From a bacterium (GTDB lineage: Bacteria > Patescibacteriota > Minisyncoccia > UBA6257 > GWB1-50-10): DNA of 64,000 bases. Shown here piece after piece: positions 28,773-39,634 of this stretch (position 1 is its first letter; every line of letters begins with the position of its first letter). Position numbers and translations under genes: made by a program. The DNA is taken from contig JAKAHD010000002.1 of assembly GCA_021815205.1 (NCBI GenBank), positions 45,538 through 109,537 on the forward strand. The letters run 5' to 3'. The notes under the pieces were generated by a model. The model was not told the origin of the DNA, did not search any database, and was given only the letters and a program-made list of their open reading frames with translations.

Positions 28773-29588
28773 ATGTTCCGGTATAAGAAGAAAAAATTCA
28801 ATCCCGAACTCTATCCCTCTCATCACAAAAAGAAACGGAACGCAATCTGGTTCTGGATAGCGAGCGGAGCGATCATCATTCTCCTTCTCACGGGTGCGGG
28901 ATATGCGGCGCTGAACCTTGTCTGGCTCCGCGTAGCCGATTTTAAAGTGGAGGGAAACGTACAGGTGCCGCCCGACGCGATTATTTCCGAGACGGCGAAG
29001 GAGATGCTTACGAACACATGGCGGGGATGGATAGGTCCCGGAAATATCCTGTTCTGGGTGTTCGGAAAAACCCCGGAGCGCCTCGACCGCTTTCCCGAGG
29101 TGAAGGAAGTGCGCGTCACCTCGAATCTTTTTACGCGCAGCGTGAATATCACGGCGGAGGAACGAACGCCATTCGCGATTCTATGCGAGGCGTCTTCAAC
29201 GAGGTGTTTCGTTATGGATCACGAAGGGATTCTTTTCGCCTCGGCGCCCCAGACGGAGGGGACGCTCATTCTGAAGATTCAGGATGCCACAAATCGGACC
29301 CTGCTCCTCGGAATGCCGTTTCTTCCGGATGCTTTGTGGATACATCACGTCTTTTCGGTGCTCGAGGCATTGAAGCGGAACGATTTTGTGCCGCGTGCGA
29401 CCTCAATTGAAAGTCTTTCGCTCCGCACGTGGTCCGTGAAGGTGACCCAGGGACCAACATTCGTCTTCAGCTTGAACTTCGTGCCAGACAATCTCGACTC
29501 CATCTTGAGCAACCTCTCCGGAAAGTTGGATTTTTCGAGCGTCTCGACGGTGAACTTTGAAGTGCCGAACAGGATATACTACCAATAA
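28773..29588 (+). CDS. ftsQ: FtsQ/DivIB-like cell division protein
   Basis: Basic N-terminus, TM, POTRA-like V.GN..V, FPEV..V.V, I...ER.P, D.EG..F. Confidence 0.7.
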   Translation: MFRYKKKKFNPELYPSHHKKKRNAIWFWIASGAIIILLLTGAGYAALNLVWLRVADFKVEGNVQVPPDAIISETAKEMLTNTWRGWIGPGNILFWVFGKTPERLDRFPEVKEVRVTSNLFTRSVNITAEERTPFAILCEASSTRCFVMDHEGILFASAPQTEGTLILKIQDATNRTLLLGMPFLPDALWIHHVFSVLEALKRNDFVPRATSIESLSLRTWSVKVTQGPTFVFSLNFVPDNLDSILSNLSGKLDFSSVSTVNFEVPNRIYYQ

Positions 29589-29592
29589 GGAC

Positions 29593-29684
29593 AAATTTTA
29601 AATTCTAAATTTCAATTGAATGAACGAATTTTAAAATGTAATAAGTTGAAATTGATTTAAAATTTAGAACTTAAAATTTAAAAT
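29593..29684. repeat. AT-rich foldback element between convergent genes
   Basis: AAATTTTAAATTCTAAATTT ... AAATTTAGAACTTAAAATTT. Confidence 0.7.
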
Positions 29685-31540
29685 TATCGCATGTGGTACA
29701 CGAATATTGACGTTCCTACCCTGTAATCCGGCTGTGGTACCTCTCCCATACCCGGTTTCGGAGGGCGGAGCGCGGTAAGCCATTCGTATGAATTCTCGGA
29801 CTTCCTCGTGAAGCCGTTCGAAACGGGCGCGATCGAGCTCTCAAGCGTGTTAATGGAGACGGCGAGCCACTCGATTCCTTGTATGCTCGGATCGCCATCC
29901 TTCGAAGCCCATGGGATCGCGACATTTTTACCGAGATAGTATTCCGGACTGCCGCCGCCGAAGTAATCCACGGCGATTTTTTGTATATGGCGTTCCTGAA
30001 CGAACGATGCGAGACGTTTCAGGTCTTGCCCCCAGTCGTAGTTCGAATCGTCAACGTAGCGATAGCCGTTTTGGGTTCCGCCCGTGATCTCATTAGTGTA
30101 AGAGAGGAGATAAGGATACGCGGCGACCGTTTCGCCGATGAACCAGATGGCGCACAATCCCGCGGTCGAGGCTCGTACGAGCCGCCCTTTTTCTTTCGCA
30201 AGTATCCAGTGCCGCACCCCGAGCGCGGCGAGAATGTAAATGAAGGGAAGGGTGGGGAGAAGATGCCGTACGCCGATATTCAAATTCGAATGCATGCTGT
30301 ACGTCCAGTAGAACGCGATAATAAAGAGCATCGCAAACTCGGCGAAGTGGATGCCGAGATATTCGCCGAGGCGCCGCATGCGCGACATAAGGAACGGCGA
30401 CTTTTTGAATACGGATGCGAGTCCGGTAGAGAGCGCAAGAAGTATGAGGAGGAGAGAAGGGATCGGCTCCTTGAGAAGGAAGACGACGGGGAAGTAGTAC
30501 CACCACCCCGTATTCGTGACCGTGCCGAGGAAGTATGCCGTGTTTCCTCCGCTTGAGCGCTGGAGCACCATCATAATTCCAAGGAAGTAGTGTGCGATCG
30601 GCCTCGTGATCGGGTTCGAAGCGAGCGCGATTTCAAACGAGGCGAGCGGTGAGGATTTGAAGAAATCCCCGAGAAGGTATTGTGTGTCGTGAATCTGCTT
30701 CTCGATCGGATAATGAAGCGTGAGGACGGCGTACGCCGCAACAATCACGGCGAGCGCGATTGCGAACATAAAGGCGAGCTTGCCCGCGTAGCGGAGCGCG
30801 CCGCGCGTAAAGAAGCGGAACGGCCGTACCTCGTCCCCGGAGTCCTTTTTTCTGATAGTTTCTCCGAGAAGAAAAAACCCCGCAAGCATCACGAAAAGCG
30901 GAATAAGAAGTACGGTTGAGAATTTGGTGAGTTCGGCGATACCGAGCGCAATCCCCGCGTAGAGCAGGTTCTTTTTCGATTGATGGGTGAGATAGCGCAC
31001 GAAATAAAAGCTCGCAAGAAGAAAGCCGAATGCGGCGGCAAGGTCCGTCGTCACGTAATGCCCGTGAGCAAGTACGGTAGGTGAGAGGCCAAAAAGAAAT
31101 GCGGGAAGGAGCCCCCACTCGGAGCCCATCACGTCTTTCGCCCACACGTATATGAGCACGACAGTGAGAAGCGTAAGAAGTATCGGAAATATCCGCGCGA
31201 GCGAGATCATCTGATCGGCGTTGTTTCCCGAGTCATAAAGAAAGATCGTGCCGATATCCCACTGCGCGTTCGTCTCGTGCGTCCAATGGGCGCTTGTCGC
31301 GGGGAAGGAAATCGGGAGTGAAAGAAGAGGAAGCGCGGCAAGCGCCTTCAGAAGCGGGGGATGCTCGGGATTCAGGCGATAATCCAAGAATTTCGCGTAC
31401 GTATATCCCGCGGGAATGTGCGCGAGCTCGTCCATGATCGCGGATTCCTGTCCCGCGAGGTTCCACATGAGGGAGCCCGAAACGACGAGTATGAGACACA
31501 ACGCGATCGGCGCAAAAAGCGCCCTGGATTTTATCTGCAT
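29684..31540 (-). CDS. GT-C fold glycosyltransferase (ArnT/PMT family)
   Basis: DE.AH..AG, NPEHPPL.K, many TM segments, DSNYDWGQD. Confidence 0.88.
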   Translation of the reverse strand: MQIKSRALFAPIALCLILVVSGSLMWNLAGQESAIMDELAHIPAGYTYAKFLDYRLNPEHPPLLKALAALPLLSLPISFPATSAHWTHETNAQWDIGTIFLYDSGNNADQMISLARIFPILLTLLTVVLIYVWAKDVMGSEWGLLPAFLFGLSPTVLAHGHYVTTDLAAAFGFLLASFYFVRYLTHQSKKNLLYAGIALGIAELTKFSTVLLIPLFVMLAGFFLLGETIRKKDSGDEVRPFRFFTRGALRYAGKLAFMFAIALAVIVAAYAVLTLHYPIEKQIHDTQYLLGDFFKSSPLASFEIALASNPITRPIAHYFLGIMMVLQRSSGGNTAYFLGTVTNTGWWYYFPVVFLLKEPIPSLLLILLALSTGLASVFKKSPFLMSRMRRLGEYLGIHFAEFAMLFIIAFYWTYSMHSNLNIGVRHLLPTLPFIYILAALGVRHWILAKEKGRLVRASTAGLCAIWFIGETVAAYPYLLSYTNEITGGTQNGYRYVDDSNYDWGQDLKRLASFVQERHIQKIAVDYFGGGSPEYYLGKNVAIPWASKDGDPSIQGIEWLAVSINTLESSIAPVSNGFTRKSENSYEWLTALRPPKPGMGEVPQPDYRVGTSIFVYHMR

Positions 31541-31683
31541 GATGGAGGTTTTTATGGTATCATTATACAACAGAATTAAGGTTTATCGGACACCAGCATA
31601 TATCGGCTTTATCAGCACACATCAGCGTCAAAAATCCCCTCGGCTTAATTATGATATCAACTCGAAATAACAACGTGGAAAAT

Positions 31684-32475
31684 ATGAAAAGGAGCATACA
31701 CAGTAAGCTTGGTTTTTCACTCGTCGAACTTATGATCTATATCGCGATCTTTATGGTGAGTGCGGTTTTTTTGGTCGCGATCCTTACGACGTTTACGAGA
31801 ATCCAATCGCGGCAGACCTCCGAAGGGGAGGTGAATCGGCAGATAGGGTTCGTGGGAGACACGATACAGCGGCTCGTGCAAAACGCGAGTCTTGTCGATA
31901 TGACGGCAGGCGTCGCGACGTCCACGTTAAAACTCCGCACGGCGTCTTCGACGAATGATCCAACACTCGTCTACGCGAGCGGTACGGCAGTGTACTTGAA
32001 GCAGGGATCGAGCGCTCCGATTGCGCTCACAAACTCGGAGGTCACGGTCGGGAGTTTTCTCGTCACGCCGTACGTGAACCCGGGGGGCGTTACGATTGTC
32101 CAATTAAACCTCACAATGAGTTATCAGGCGACGAATCCCACGGGCCAGCTCACGCGGTCGCTTGCAACCTCGATCGCAAGGGTATCGGCGGCGCAGTTTG
32201 ATTCATCGGTGTATCCGAACGCGGACGGCACGCTTGATCTCGGCACTGCGACGAATGAATGGAGGAACGCGTACTTCAGCGGCACCGTGACGACCAAGGG
32301 GCTTACCACCTTGGGGACGGGAGTTGCCGGCGCGACGACCTTGAAGGCGCAGGGGAATATAGGATTTTCCACCTCGAGTTACGGGATTATCTTCGTGACT
32401 CCCGGAGGTTCGTGTCTTCTGATGGGTCTCTCGAATTCGGGAAATGTCACCACAAGTTCCGTTGCCTGCCCGTAG
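31684..32475 (+). CDS. Prepilin-type N-terminal cleavage/methylation protein
   Basis: G|FSLVELMIYIAIF class III signal. Confidence 0.88.
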   Translation: MKRSIHSKLGFSLVELMIYIAIFMVSAVFLVAILTTFTRIQSRQTSEGEVNRQIGFVGDTIQRLVQNASLVDMTAGVATSTLKLRTASSTNDPTLVYASGTAVYLKQGSSAPIALTNSEVTVGSFLVTPYVNPGGVTIVQLNLTMSYQATNPTGQLTRSLATSIARVSAAQFDSSVYPNADGTLDLGTATNEWRNAYFSGTVTTKGLTTLGTGVAGATTLKAQGNIGFSTSSYGIIFVTPGGSCLLMGLSNSGNVTTSSVACP

Positions 32476-32546
32476 CCATAGAAGCAGATTACCTGCCTGA
32501 CCAAAAACTTGGTCGTTCGGGCGGGCGCCACGAAGGGCGGTAGAGA

Positions 32547-32573
32547 TTAGCGCTTGACAATATCGAGTGCTAA
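32547..32573. promoter_or_regulatory. CIRCE operator overlapping the hrcA promoter
   Basis: TTAGCGCTT-N9-GAGTGCTAA; TTGACA 32554-32559, TATACT 32576-32581. Confidence 0.9.
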
Positions 32574-32589
32574 TTTATACTTATACCTA

Positions 32590-33288
32590 ATGACAGAACG
32601 TACGGAAGCGATATTGGAAGCGGCGCTTCGTGATTTCATCAGCACCGGAAGGCCGGTTACCTCGGAATCGCTCTACGAATCGCATGATTTCGGCATCAAG
32701 CCCGCGATGATACGCTGGGAATTAAACGAATTGAGCAAAGAAGGGTATTTTTATCAGCGCCATCCTTCGGGCGGCAGGATACCCTCCGACAAGGCATACC
32801 GTTTTTTTACGGAACGCACACTCCGCAAAGAAGAGGCGCGGAACGTCCGGGGTTTCGAGAGCGCACTCCACGATTTTGTGAAAGGAGCGCGCAGAGCGTT
32901 TATCGAAGGTCTCGCGGAGCAGTTTGGAAACTTGAGCGTAGGATACGAACCGGAGTACGATGAGGTTTACGAAAGCGGACTCCACGCGCTGTTACGCCGC
33001 CTTCAGGATGACGCCATCGCCCCCGATGAGCTCTTGGAGATCGTGAGCGATTTCGAATCCCTTCCGCTTCGTGTCCACGAGCTGCGTTCCTGGTGGGAAG
33101 AGGAAGGAATGTGGCCCCGGGTATTCGTCGGGAAGAATCCGTTTACGAAAAGCACGAACGTCGCGGTCGTCGCCTCATGCCTCAAGCGCGGCGAAGAACA
33201 GTTTCTCCTGCTTTCGATAGGCCCGAAACGGATGGATTACGCGAAACCGATCAGGGCGTTCAAGTTTTTTGAAAGGTCATTGGAATAA
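32590..33288 (+). CDS. hrcA: Heat-inducible transcription repressor HrcA (short form)
   Basis: IL......FI.TG.PV.S, A.IR.E...L...GY..Q.H.S.GRIP.DK.YR, IGP.RMDY; next to CIRCE and grpE. Confidence 0.92.
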   Translation: MTERTEAILEAALRDFISTGRPVTSESLYESHDFGIKPAMIRWELNELSKEGYFYQRHPSGGRIPSDKAYRFFTERTLRKEEARNVRGFESALHDFVKGARRAFIEGLAEQFGNLSVGYEPEYDEVYESGLHALLRRLQDDAIAPDELLEIVSDFESLPLRVHELRSWWEEEGMWPRVFVGKNPFTKSTNVAVVASCLKRGEEQFLLLSIGPKRMDYAKPIRAFKFFERSLE

Positions 33289-33308
33289 AGATATATGAAG
33301 GGATAATT

Positions 33309-33382
33309 TGTCATCCTGAACGCAGTGAAGGATCTTTTGTTGTAGAGATTCTTCGTCCGCTAGCGGGTGAACTCAGAATGAC
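33309..33382. repeat. GTCATCCTGA family hairpin element
   Basis: TGTCATCCTGAACGCAGTGAAGGATCT ... AGATTCTTC..CTCAGAATGAC. Confidence 0.75.
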
Positions 33383-33415
33383 GTCGGTCGACATCTGAAT
33401 AAAAAGGCAATTACT

Positions 33416-33976
33416 ATGGAGGAAAATAATAAAGACGAATTTACGGAGAAGTGGAATAGCGTATATGGTTCGCTTCCTCCGGAATGTCAAGAGAAGTTGG
33501 AACCAATAACTGAACTTTTCAAGGATACCTTGAAGAAAGTTGAAAAAGACCGGGACGAATACCTCGGCGGATGGAAGCGGGCAAAGGCCGATCTCATAAA
33601 CTATAAAAAAGAAGAAGCGGAGCGCATGCAGTACCTCGCGAGAAAAAGCAACGAAACGCTCCTCGGCGATCTTATCATGATTCTCGATAGTTTCGAGCTT
33701 GGACTTTCCGCGATGGACGAGCACGACGCTTCAAAGAAAGGCATGGCACTCATACGGAATCAGTTATACGACACGATGAAAAAGTACGGCGTCGAAATCG
33801 TGAAAATCCGCGAGGGAGATCCGTACGACCCGGAATTCGCGGAGGCGGTGGGGACGATCGAATCGGGGCAGAGTCCGGGTACAATCGCGGAAGAGGTAAC
33901 GAAAGGGTATACTCTCTACGGAAAGACATTGCGTCCGGCGAGGGTCATCATAACAAAAGAGAAGAGCGAAAAATAA
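33416..33976 (+). CDS. grpE: Nucleotide exchange factor GrpE
   Basis: R.KAD..NYKK, YDP..AEAV, KGY.L.GK.LRPARV. Confidence 0.95.
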   Translation: MEENNKDEFTEKWNSVYGSLPPECQEKLEPITELFKDTLKKVEKDRDEYLGGWKRAKADLINYKKEEAERMQYLARKSNETLLGDLIMILDSFELGLSAMDEHDASKKGMALIRNQLYDTMKKYGVEIVKIREGDPYDPEFAEAVGTIESGQSPGTIAEEVTKGYTLYGKTLRPARVIITKEKSEK

Positions 33977-33993
33977 AGTCGAAATAATAATAA

Positions 33994-34124
33994 AAATAAC
34001 AAATCACAAATTCCAGATAACAAATAAGTTCCAATATTCAAACTCTCATCGGTGTTTTCGTGAATCGTTTGGATATTTAATTATTGCAATTTATTTGAGA
34101 TTTGGTGCTTGGTATTTGGAAATT
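33994..34124. repeat. Intergenic foldback element, AAATCC/AAATTC family
   Basis: AAATAACAAATCACAAATTCCAGATAACAAATAA ... TTATTTGAGATTTGGTGCTTGGTATTTGGAAATT. Confidence 0.8.
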
Positions 34125-34132
34125 AAACAACT

Positions 34133-36001
34133 ATGCCAAAAATTTTGGGAATCGATCTGGGAACGACGAACTCGGCAATGGCCGTGATCGAAGGCGGCGA
34201 GCCGAGGGTTTTGGAAAACAGTGAAGGCGCCCGCACGACGCCCTCGATGATCGCGGTCAGTAAGTCGGGGGAACGGCTCGCGGGAATGCTTGCGAAGCGC
34301 CAGGGAGTCGTGAATCCGAAACACACGATCTATTCGATGAAACGGCTCATTGGGCGGAAATTCACCGATCCCGAGGTACAGAAAGACAAGGCGTGGCTTA
34401 CCTACGATATCCGCGAGTCCTCCAAAGGAGGCGTCGAGATCCATATGGGCGACAAGTGGTACACACCCGAGGAGATCTCGGCGATGGTGCTTCAAAAACT
34501 CAAGGCGGATGCGGAAGCGAAGCTCGGGGAGACAATTGAAGAAGCGGTCATTACCGTACCTGCGTACTTTGACGATTCGGAACGCCAGGCGACGAAGAAC
34601 GCGGGAGAAGTTGCGGGGTTTAAAGTGCGAAGAATATTGAACGAGCCGACTGCGGCGGCTTTGGCATACGGCTTAAATAAACAGAAGAACGAAAAGATAG
34701 TGGTTTATGATTTCGGCGGCGGCACGTTCGACATCTCTATTCTCGAGGTGGGCGATGATACCGTGGAGGTGAAGGCGACGGGGGGTGATACGCATCTCGG
34801 AGGCGATGATTTCGACAAACGTATCATCGAGCATCTTGTCGGCGAGTATAAGAAACAGGAAGGAGTTGATCTTTCGAAAGACACACTTGCGCTCCAACGC
34901 TTGAAGGAGGCCGCCGAGCGCGCGAAGCACGAGCTCTCGACCGTTACGGAAACTGAGATTAACCTCCCCTACATTACCTCGGACGCATCGGGGCCGAAGC
35001 ATTTCCTTATGAAGCTTACTCGCGCAAAACTCGAAAATCTCGTCGCGGATTTCATCGAGCGCTCAATCACGCTTGTGAAGGACGCGGTTACGGCGCCGGC
35101 GCCGAAGGGTGCGGGGCTTGCACTCTCGGACATCAATGAGGTGGTCTTGGTGGGAGGGCAGACGAGAATGCCCGCGATTCAGGAGGCAGTGAAGAAGCTT
35201 TTCGGGAAGGAACCCCATAAGGGCATTAATCCCGACGAAGTGGTTGCGATAGGCGCCGCGGTACAGGCGGGGATCTTGCAGGGAGACGTGAAAGACATCT
35301 TGCTCCTCGACGTGACCCCGCTTACCCTAAGCATCGAAACTTTGGGAGGGGTCGCGACCCCCATGATTCAAAAGAACACGACGGTACCGACCTCGAAAAC
35401 GCAAACCTTCTCCACCGCCGCGGACAATCAGACCTCGGTCGAGGTGCATATCGGGCAAGGCGAGCGGCCGATGATGGCGGACAATAAAACGCTTGCGCGG
35501 TTCATTCTGGACGGGATTCCGCCCGCGCCCCGCGGCGTGCCGCAGATCGAAGTAACCTTCGATATTGATGCAAACGGAATTCTCACGGTTTCGGCGAAAG
35601 ACAAGGCGTCCGGAAAAGCGCAATCGGTCCGCGTCGAAGCGACGACGACGCTCTCGAAGGACGAGGTGGAGCGCCTCAAGAAAGAAGCCGCGGAGCATGC
35701 GGCGGAGGATGAAAGGAAAAAGGAGCTCATCGATGTAAAGAACCAGGCGGAGACGCTTATCTACACCGCAGAGAAGAGCCTTCGCGATTTAGGGGATAAG
35801 GTGACCCCGGAGATGAAGGACGAGATTAATCAGAAGATCGCGCGAGTACACGAAGTGAAGCAAGGAGAAGATAAGGCCGCAATCGATGCGGCGACCAAGG
35901 AACTCTCCGCATCCCTTCAAAAGATAGGCGAATCTCTCTATAATAAAAAAGATGAACCCCAATCCGGAGATAGTGAGCCGCACCAGGGAGCCGGAGAATG
36001 A
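34133..36001 (+). CDS. dnaK: Chaperone DnaK
   Basis: [33 protein letters not shown]. Confidence 0.99.
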   Translation: MPKILGIDLGTTNSAMAVIEGGEPRVLENSEGARTTPSMIAVSKSGERLAGMLAKRQGVVNPKHTIYSMKRLIGRKFTDPEVQKDKAWLTYDIRESSKGGVEIHMGDKWYTPEEISAMVLQKLKADAEAKLGETIEEAVITVPAYFDDSERQATKNAGEVAGFKVRRILNEPTAAALAYGLNKQKNEKIVVYDFGGGTFDISILEVGDDTVEVKATGGDTHLGGDDFDKRIIEHLVGEYKKQEGVDLSKDTLALQRLKEAAERAKHELSTVTETEINLPYITSDASGPKHFLMKLTRAKLENLVADFIERSITLVKDAVTAPAPKGAGLALSDINEVVLVGGQTRMPAIQEAVKKLFGKEPHKGINPDEVVAIGAAVQAGILQGDVKDILLLDVTPLTLSIETLGGVATPMIQKNTTVPTSKTQTFSTAADNQTSVEVHIGQGERPMMADNKTLARFILDGIPPAPRGVPQIEVTFDIDANGILTVSAKDKASGKAQSVRVEATTTLSKDEVERLKKEAAEHAAEDERKKELIDVKNQAETLIYTAEKSLRDLGDKVTPEMKDEINQKIARVHEVKQGEDKAAIDAATKELSASLQKIGESLYNKKDEPQSGDSEPHQGAGE

Positions 36002-36998
36002 CAGAAGCCCGTGGAAGATCGCGCTCCTCGGGCTTTTCGGCGTTGCATCAAGCGCGGCCATGGTCTCGGAGTTTCTGAATTTTTCAACCACGCTTCGCAC
36101 GTCCTACTTCTGGATCTCGATTATTGCGGCGCTTCTCTTCTTCTCGTTCGCCCTGCTTCAGGCATTCTTCGTAAAAGGATCGTGGAAACTTTTTCTTATC
36201 ACGTTCCTCGAGTTTGCGGTTCCGCTCCTCATCTTCCGTTCTCGTTTTGATGCGCAGACGTTGCCATATCTTGCCGCCGCGTGCATTCTGGGAATCGCGT
36301 ACATCGGGTTCGCGCTCGAGTATGGGAAGAGACTTTTGGCGAACAGCGTCGAGCCGAGATTTTTCTCAATCGCGAAGCGCATACTTCCTAGACTCGTGAC
36401 GGGCACTCTTCTCTTCTTGAGCATTCTCCTGTATCTCAATTATTTCGTATGGGGGAATTTTACGGACGCGCTCGGAAAAACGTTCGTGACCGGCGCACTT
36501 TCTTCTTCGGCGCCTGTCATAAAGCTTTGGGTTCCGAACGTGTCGTTCGATGCCTCGGTGCGCGATTTCATCGCGTCGCTCGCGAAGGACAGGTTGCAGC
36601 GGACGAGCATTACCGTAGTCGATTCCGGAGGAAGGAGCCAAACCTTCTTATGGAATAACCTCCCTCAAAAACAGCAGGGAGAGTATCTGCAACAAGCGAT
36701 CACCCAGACGAGCCTTGCATTCACGAAGCAGTTCGGAGAGATGAATCAGAATGAGTCCATGCACGAGTTCATATACGGACTGCTCAAGGGGTATGTCGAA
36801 AGAGCGCGCGGGGCGACGGGGAGTCTTCTGCCGATCGCGGCAATCATGCTCTTTTTCTTTGTGATAAAAGGCGTTGCGGCGTTGCTCTCATGGCTCATCG
36901 TGTGTGTTGCGTTTATTATTTTCAAACTGTCGGTGGTCACGGGATTTGCGGAGGAAGCGGTTGAAACGAGGAACAGAACGTTTCTCATTCTTCCTTAG
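35952..36998 (+). CDS. Hypothetical polytopic membrane protein
   Basis: 348-aa ORF with about 6 hydrophobic segments filling the dnaK-dnaJ gap. Confidence 0.75.
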   Translation: MNPNPEIVSRTREPENDRSPWKIALLGLFGVASSAAMVSEFLNFSTTLRTSYFWISIIAALLFFSFALLQAFFVKGSWKLFLITFLEFAVPLLIFRSRFDAQTLPYLAAACILGIAYIGFALEYGKRLLANSVEPRFFSIAKRILPRLVTGTLLFLSILLYLNYFVWGNFTDALGKTFVTGALSSSAPVIKLWVPNVSFDASVRDFIASLAKDRLQRTSITVVDSGGRSQTFLWNNLPQKQQGEYLQQAITQTSLAFTKQFGEMNQNESMHEFIYGLLKGYVERARGATGSLLPIAAIMLFFFVIKGVAALLSWLIVCVAFIIFKLSVVTGFAEEAVETRNRTFLILP

Positions 36999-37021
36999 CT
37001 GCTCCTCACGCGGCATGACCT

Positions 37022-38128
37022 ATGCATCAGAAAGATTACTACAAGATGCTCGGCGTTTCGAAAAGCGCGTCCGAGGATGAAATAAAGAAAGCATATCGGA
37101 AGTTGGCGCATCAGTATCATCCCGACAAGGCGGGCGGCGACGAGAAGAAGTTTAAGGAGATCAATGAGGCCTACCAGGTACTCGGGAACAAGGAGAAGCG
37201 CGCCCAGTACGACCAGTTCGGGAAGGTATTCGAAGGCGGAGATATGCCGGGCGGCGGAGCGAATCCGTTCGAAGGTTTTGATTTCGGCGGCGGTGGATTC
37301 TCATGGAATGCGGGTATGGGCGGCGACATGAACGATATCTTCGAGAGTATCTTTGAGCAGTTCGGGGGGGGAGGGCGGCGGCAATCCGCCTCTTCTCACG
37401 GATCCGATGTGGAAATTATACAGCACCTCACGCTCGAGGAGGCGTTTCGTGGTGTTACGCGTGACCTTGAGTTCAAGACGAATGTGGCATGCGCCGTGTG
37501 CGGCGGCATCGGGTATCAAAAAGAACAGGGGCAAAAGGATTGCGCGAAGTGCGGCGGACGAGGAGAGCTACGAGTGGAGCGGAGAACGTTTTTCGGGAGG
37601 TTTTCGCAGGTACAGCAGTGCCCCGATTGCTTCGGTGTGGGAAAAACTCCCAATGCGCCGTGCGCTTCGTGCAAAGGAACGGGCCGCGTCTTTGGCACGA
37701 GAACCGTGCGTGTTACGATCGCGCCGGGGATCGATGATGGCCAGGTGATCAAGGTGCATGGCGGAGGGGAAACGGGCGAGCGCGGGGGAGGAAATGGCGA
37801 TCTGTACATCGTGGTGAAAATCAAGCCGCACGCACATTTTACGCGGGTGAAAAGCGATCTCTATCTTGTGAAAAAGATTACGCTTGCAGAAATGCTTCTT
37901 GAACGCCCCGTGAAGCTCAAAGATATAGGCGGCGAGGAGTTCTCGATAACAATTCCCGCTGGATTTTCCTTGAAGGAGAAGATGAGAGTGCCGCACCGCG
38001 GCATGCCGAAGTTCGGGTCCGCGGCGAGGGGCGACCTCTATCTTCTATTCGATCTTGAGGTGCCGAAACATCTTTCCGCGAAAGCGAAAAAGCTTCTCGG
38101 CGAGCTCAACGACGAGTTAGGGAGTTAG
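37022..38128 (+). CDS. dnaJ: Chaperone DnaJ
   Basis: J-domain with HPD, G/F region, four CxxCxGxG repeats. Confidence 0.97.
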   Translation: MHQKDYYKMLGVSKSASEDEIKKAYRKLAHQYHPDKAGGDEKKFKEINEAYQVLGNKEKRAQYDQFGKVFEGGDMPGGGANPFEGFDFGGGGFSWNAGMGGDMNDIFESIFEQFGGGGRRQSASSHGSDVEIIQHLTLEEAFRGVTRDLEFKTNVACAVCGGIGYQKEQGQKDCAKCGGRGELRVERRTFFGRFSQVQQCPDCFGVGKTPNAPCASCKGTGRVFGTRTVRVTIAPGIDDGQVIKVHGGGETGERGGGNGDLYIVVKIKPHAHFTRVKSDLYLVKKITLAEMLLERPVKLKDIGGEEFSITIPAGFSLKEKMRVPHRGMPKFGSAARGDLYLLFDLEVPKHLSAKAKKLLGELNDELGS

Positions 38129-38135
38129 TGAAACT

Positions 38136-39392
38136 ATGAAGCAAAAGAAACAAAGCGGACTTTTTGATATCTCGGGCGAAGGACCGAAGAAAGAGATACC
38201 GGCTGGAGCGTCGCAACCGGCGGATGAGGAGAAGCTATTTCGCGTCGGCGAATTCTTGGATTTTCTGAACGGACTCTGGAAAGGAAAAGAGTATGCCGTG
38301 CAGGGTGAGATCTCCGAGTTCAAAATGCATCCCTCGGGAGCATATTTCGCCCTGAAGGACGCGGAGGGTGAAGGTGTGCTGTATTGTTATATGAATCCCT
38401 ACGCCTACCGCACGCTTGGCTTCGCACTCGAAGACGGATTCGTGGTCCGCGCGTACGGCGTGCCGAACATCTATAAGCCGAAAGGAAGAATGAGTTTCGT
38501 GGTGCGCACGATGACGCTTGCGGGGGAAGGGTCCTTGAAAAAAGCATATGAAGCATTGAAGAAAAAACTCGAAAACGAGGGGCTCTTCGCGCGGAAACGC
38601 CCGATTCCGGAGTTCATCACGCGTATCGGCATTATTACCTCGAAAACGGGGGCCGTGATCGACGATTTCAGGAAGAACCTGAAACCGTTAGGGCTCCATC
38701 TCTCGCTTTTCGATACGCGGGTCGAAGGCCCCTCGGCGCCCGCAAATATTATCCGCGGGCTTCGCTGGTTTAATGAACATCATCTCGAGTGCGACGTGAT
38801 CGTAGTGATCCGGGGCGGCGGAAGCCTCGAGGATCTCCAGCCGTTCAACAACGAGCTTGTCGCGCGCGCCGTGTTCAGCTCGGAGATTCCGGTCATTGCG
38901 GGAATAGGACACGACCGCGACGTGCCGATTGTAAGCCTTGTCGCGGACGCGCAGACCTCGACGCCGTCGTTCGCGGCGGCGGCGATAAACGAGTCGTGGG
39001 ACAGAGTAGTGCTCGGCGTACCGCGGCTCGAACGGGAACTTGCACTCGCGTTTGAAGGCGCCCTCGCGAAACTCCGATTACGCCTCTCACGATACGGCGA
39101 GCGATTTCTGACGCGCCTCGCGCGGCTTACTGTACGGTACCGAACACTCGAGGTATCGCTTGTACGGATGTTTGCGCTTCGCCTCTCCGCGATTAATTCC
39201 CAGCTTATGCATGCCGCGCAGTATCTTTCCGCAGTCGACCCCGAAAGAAATTTGAAGCTCGGGTATGGTATCGTATTCGATGCGCACGGAAGAGTGATGA
39301 AAGATGCGCGGAATGCGAAGGAGGGGGAGATGATCGCCGCGCGCCTCTACCGAGGATCATTGATGGCAAGAATCGAGAAAAAAACCGAGTGA
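38136..39392 (+). CDS. xseA: Exodeoxyribonuclease VII large subunit
   Basis: GEIS..K.H.SG.YF.LKD, RGGGS.EDL..FN.E, GIGH..D. Confidence 0.95.
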   Translation: MKQKKQSGLFDISGEGPKKEIPAGASQPADEEKLFRVGEFLDFLNGLWKGKEYAVQGEISEFKMHPSGAYFALKDAEGEGVLYCYMNPYAYRTLGFALEDGFVVRAYGVPNIYKPKGRMSFVVRTMTLAGEGSLKKAYEALKKKLENEGLFARKRPIPEFITRIGIITSKTGAVIDDFRKNLKPLGLHLSLFDTRVEGPSAPANIIRGLRWFNEHHLECDVIVVIRGGGSLEDLQPFNNELVARAVFSSEIPVIAGIGHDRDVPIVSLVADAQTSTPSFAAAAINESWDRVVLGVPRLERELALAFEGALAKLRLRLSRYGERFLTRLARLTVRYRTLEVSLVRMFALRLSAINSQLMHAAQYLSAVDPERNLKLGYGIVFDAHGRVMKDARNAKEGEMIAARLYRGSLMARIEKKTE

Positions 39393-39412
39393 CGTGGTAC
39401 AATAAATGCGCT

Positions 39413-39634
39413 ATGGAGAAACAAAAGAAGGACAAAAAGGAAATTGGAACAAAGCTCGGGAAACTTGAAGCGATCGTTGCATGGTTTGAAGCCCAAGAAG
39501 AAGTTGATGTGGAGGAGGGTTTGAAGAGAGTGAGGGAAGGCGCGGCGCTCGTTAAGGATTTGAAGGAGAGAATGAAGGGGATAGAAAATGAATTTGAAGA
39601 GATAAAGAAGGATCTCTCGGACAATGCGGCATAG
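39413..39634 (+). CDS. xseB: Exodeoxyribonuclease VII small subunit
   Basis: LE.IV..FE......EEGL....EG..L; follows xseA. Confidence 0.88.
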   Translation: MEKQKKDKKEIGTKLGKLEAIVAWFEAQEEVDVEEGLKRVREGAALVKDLKERMKGIENEFEEIKKDLSDNAA

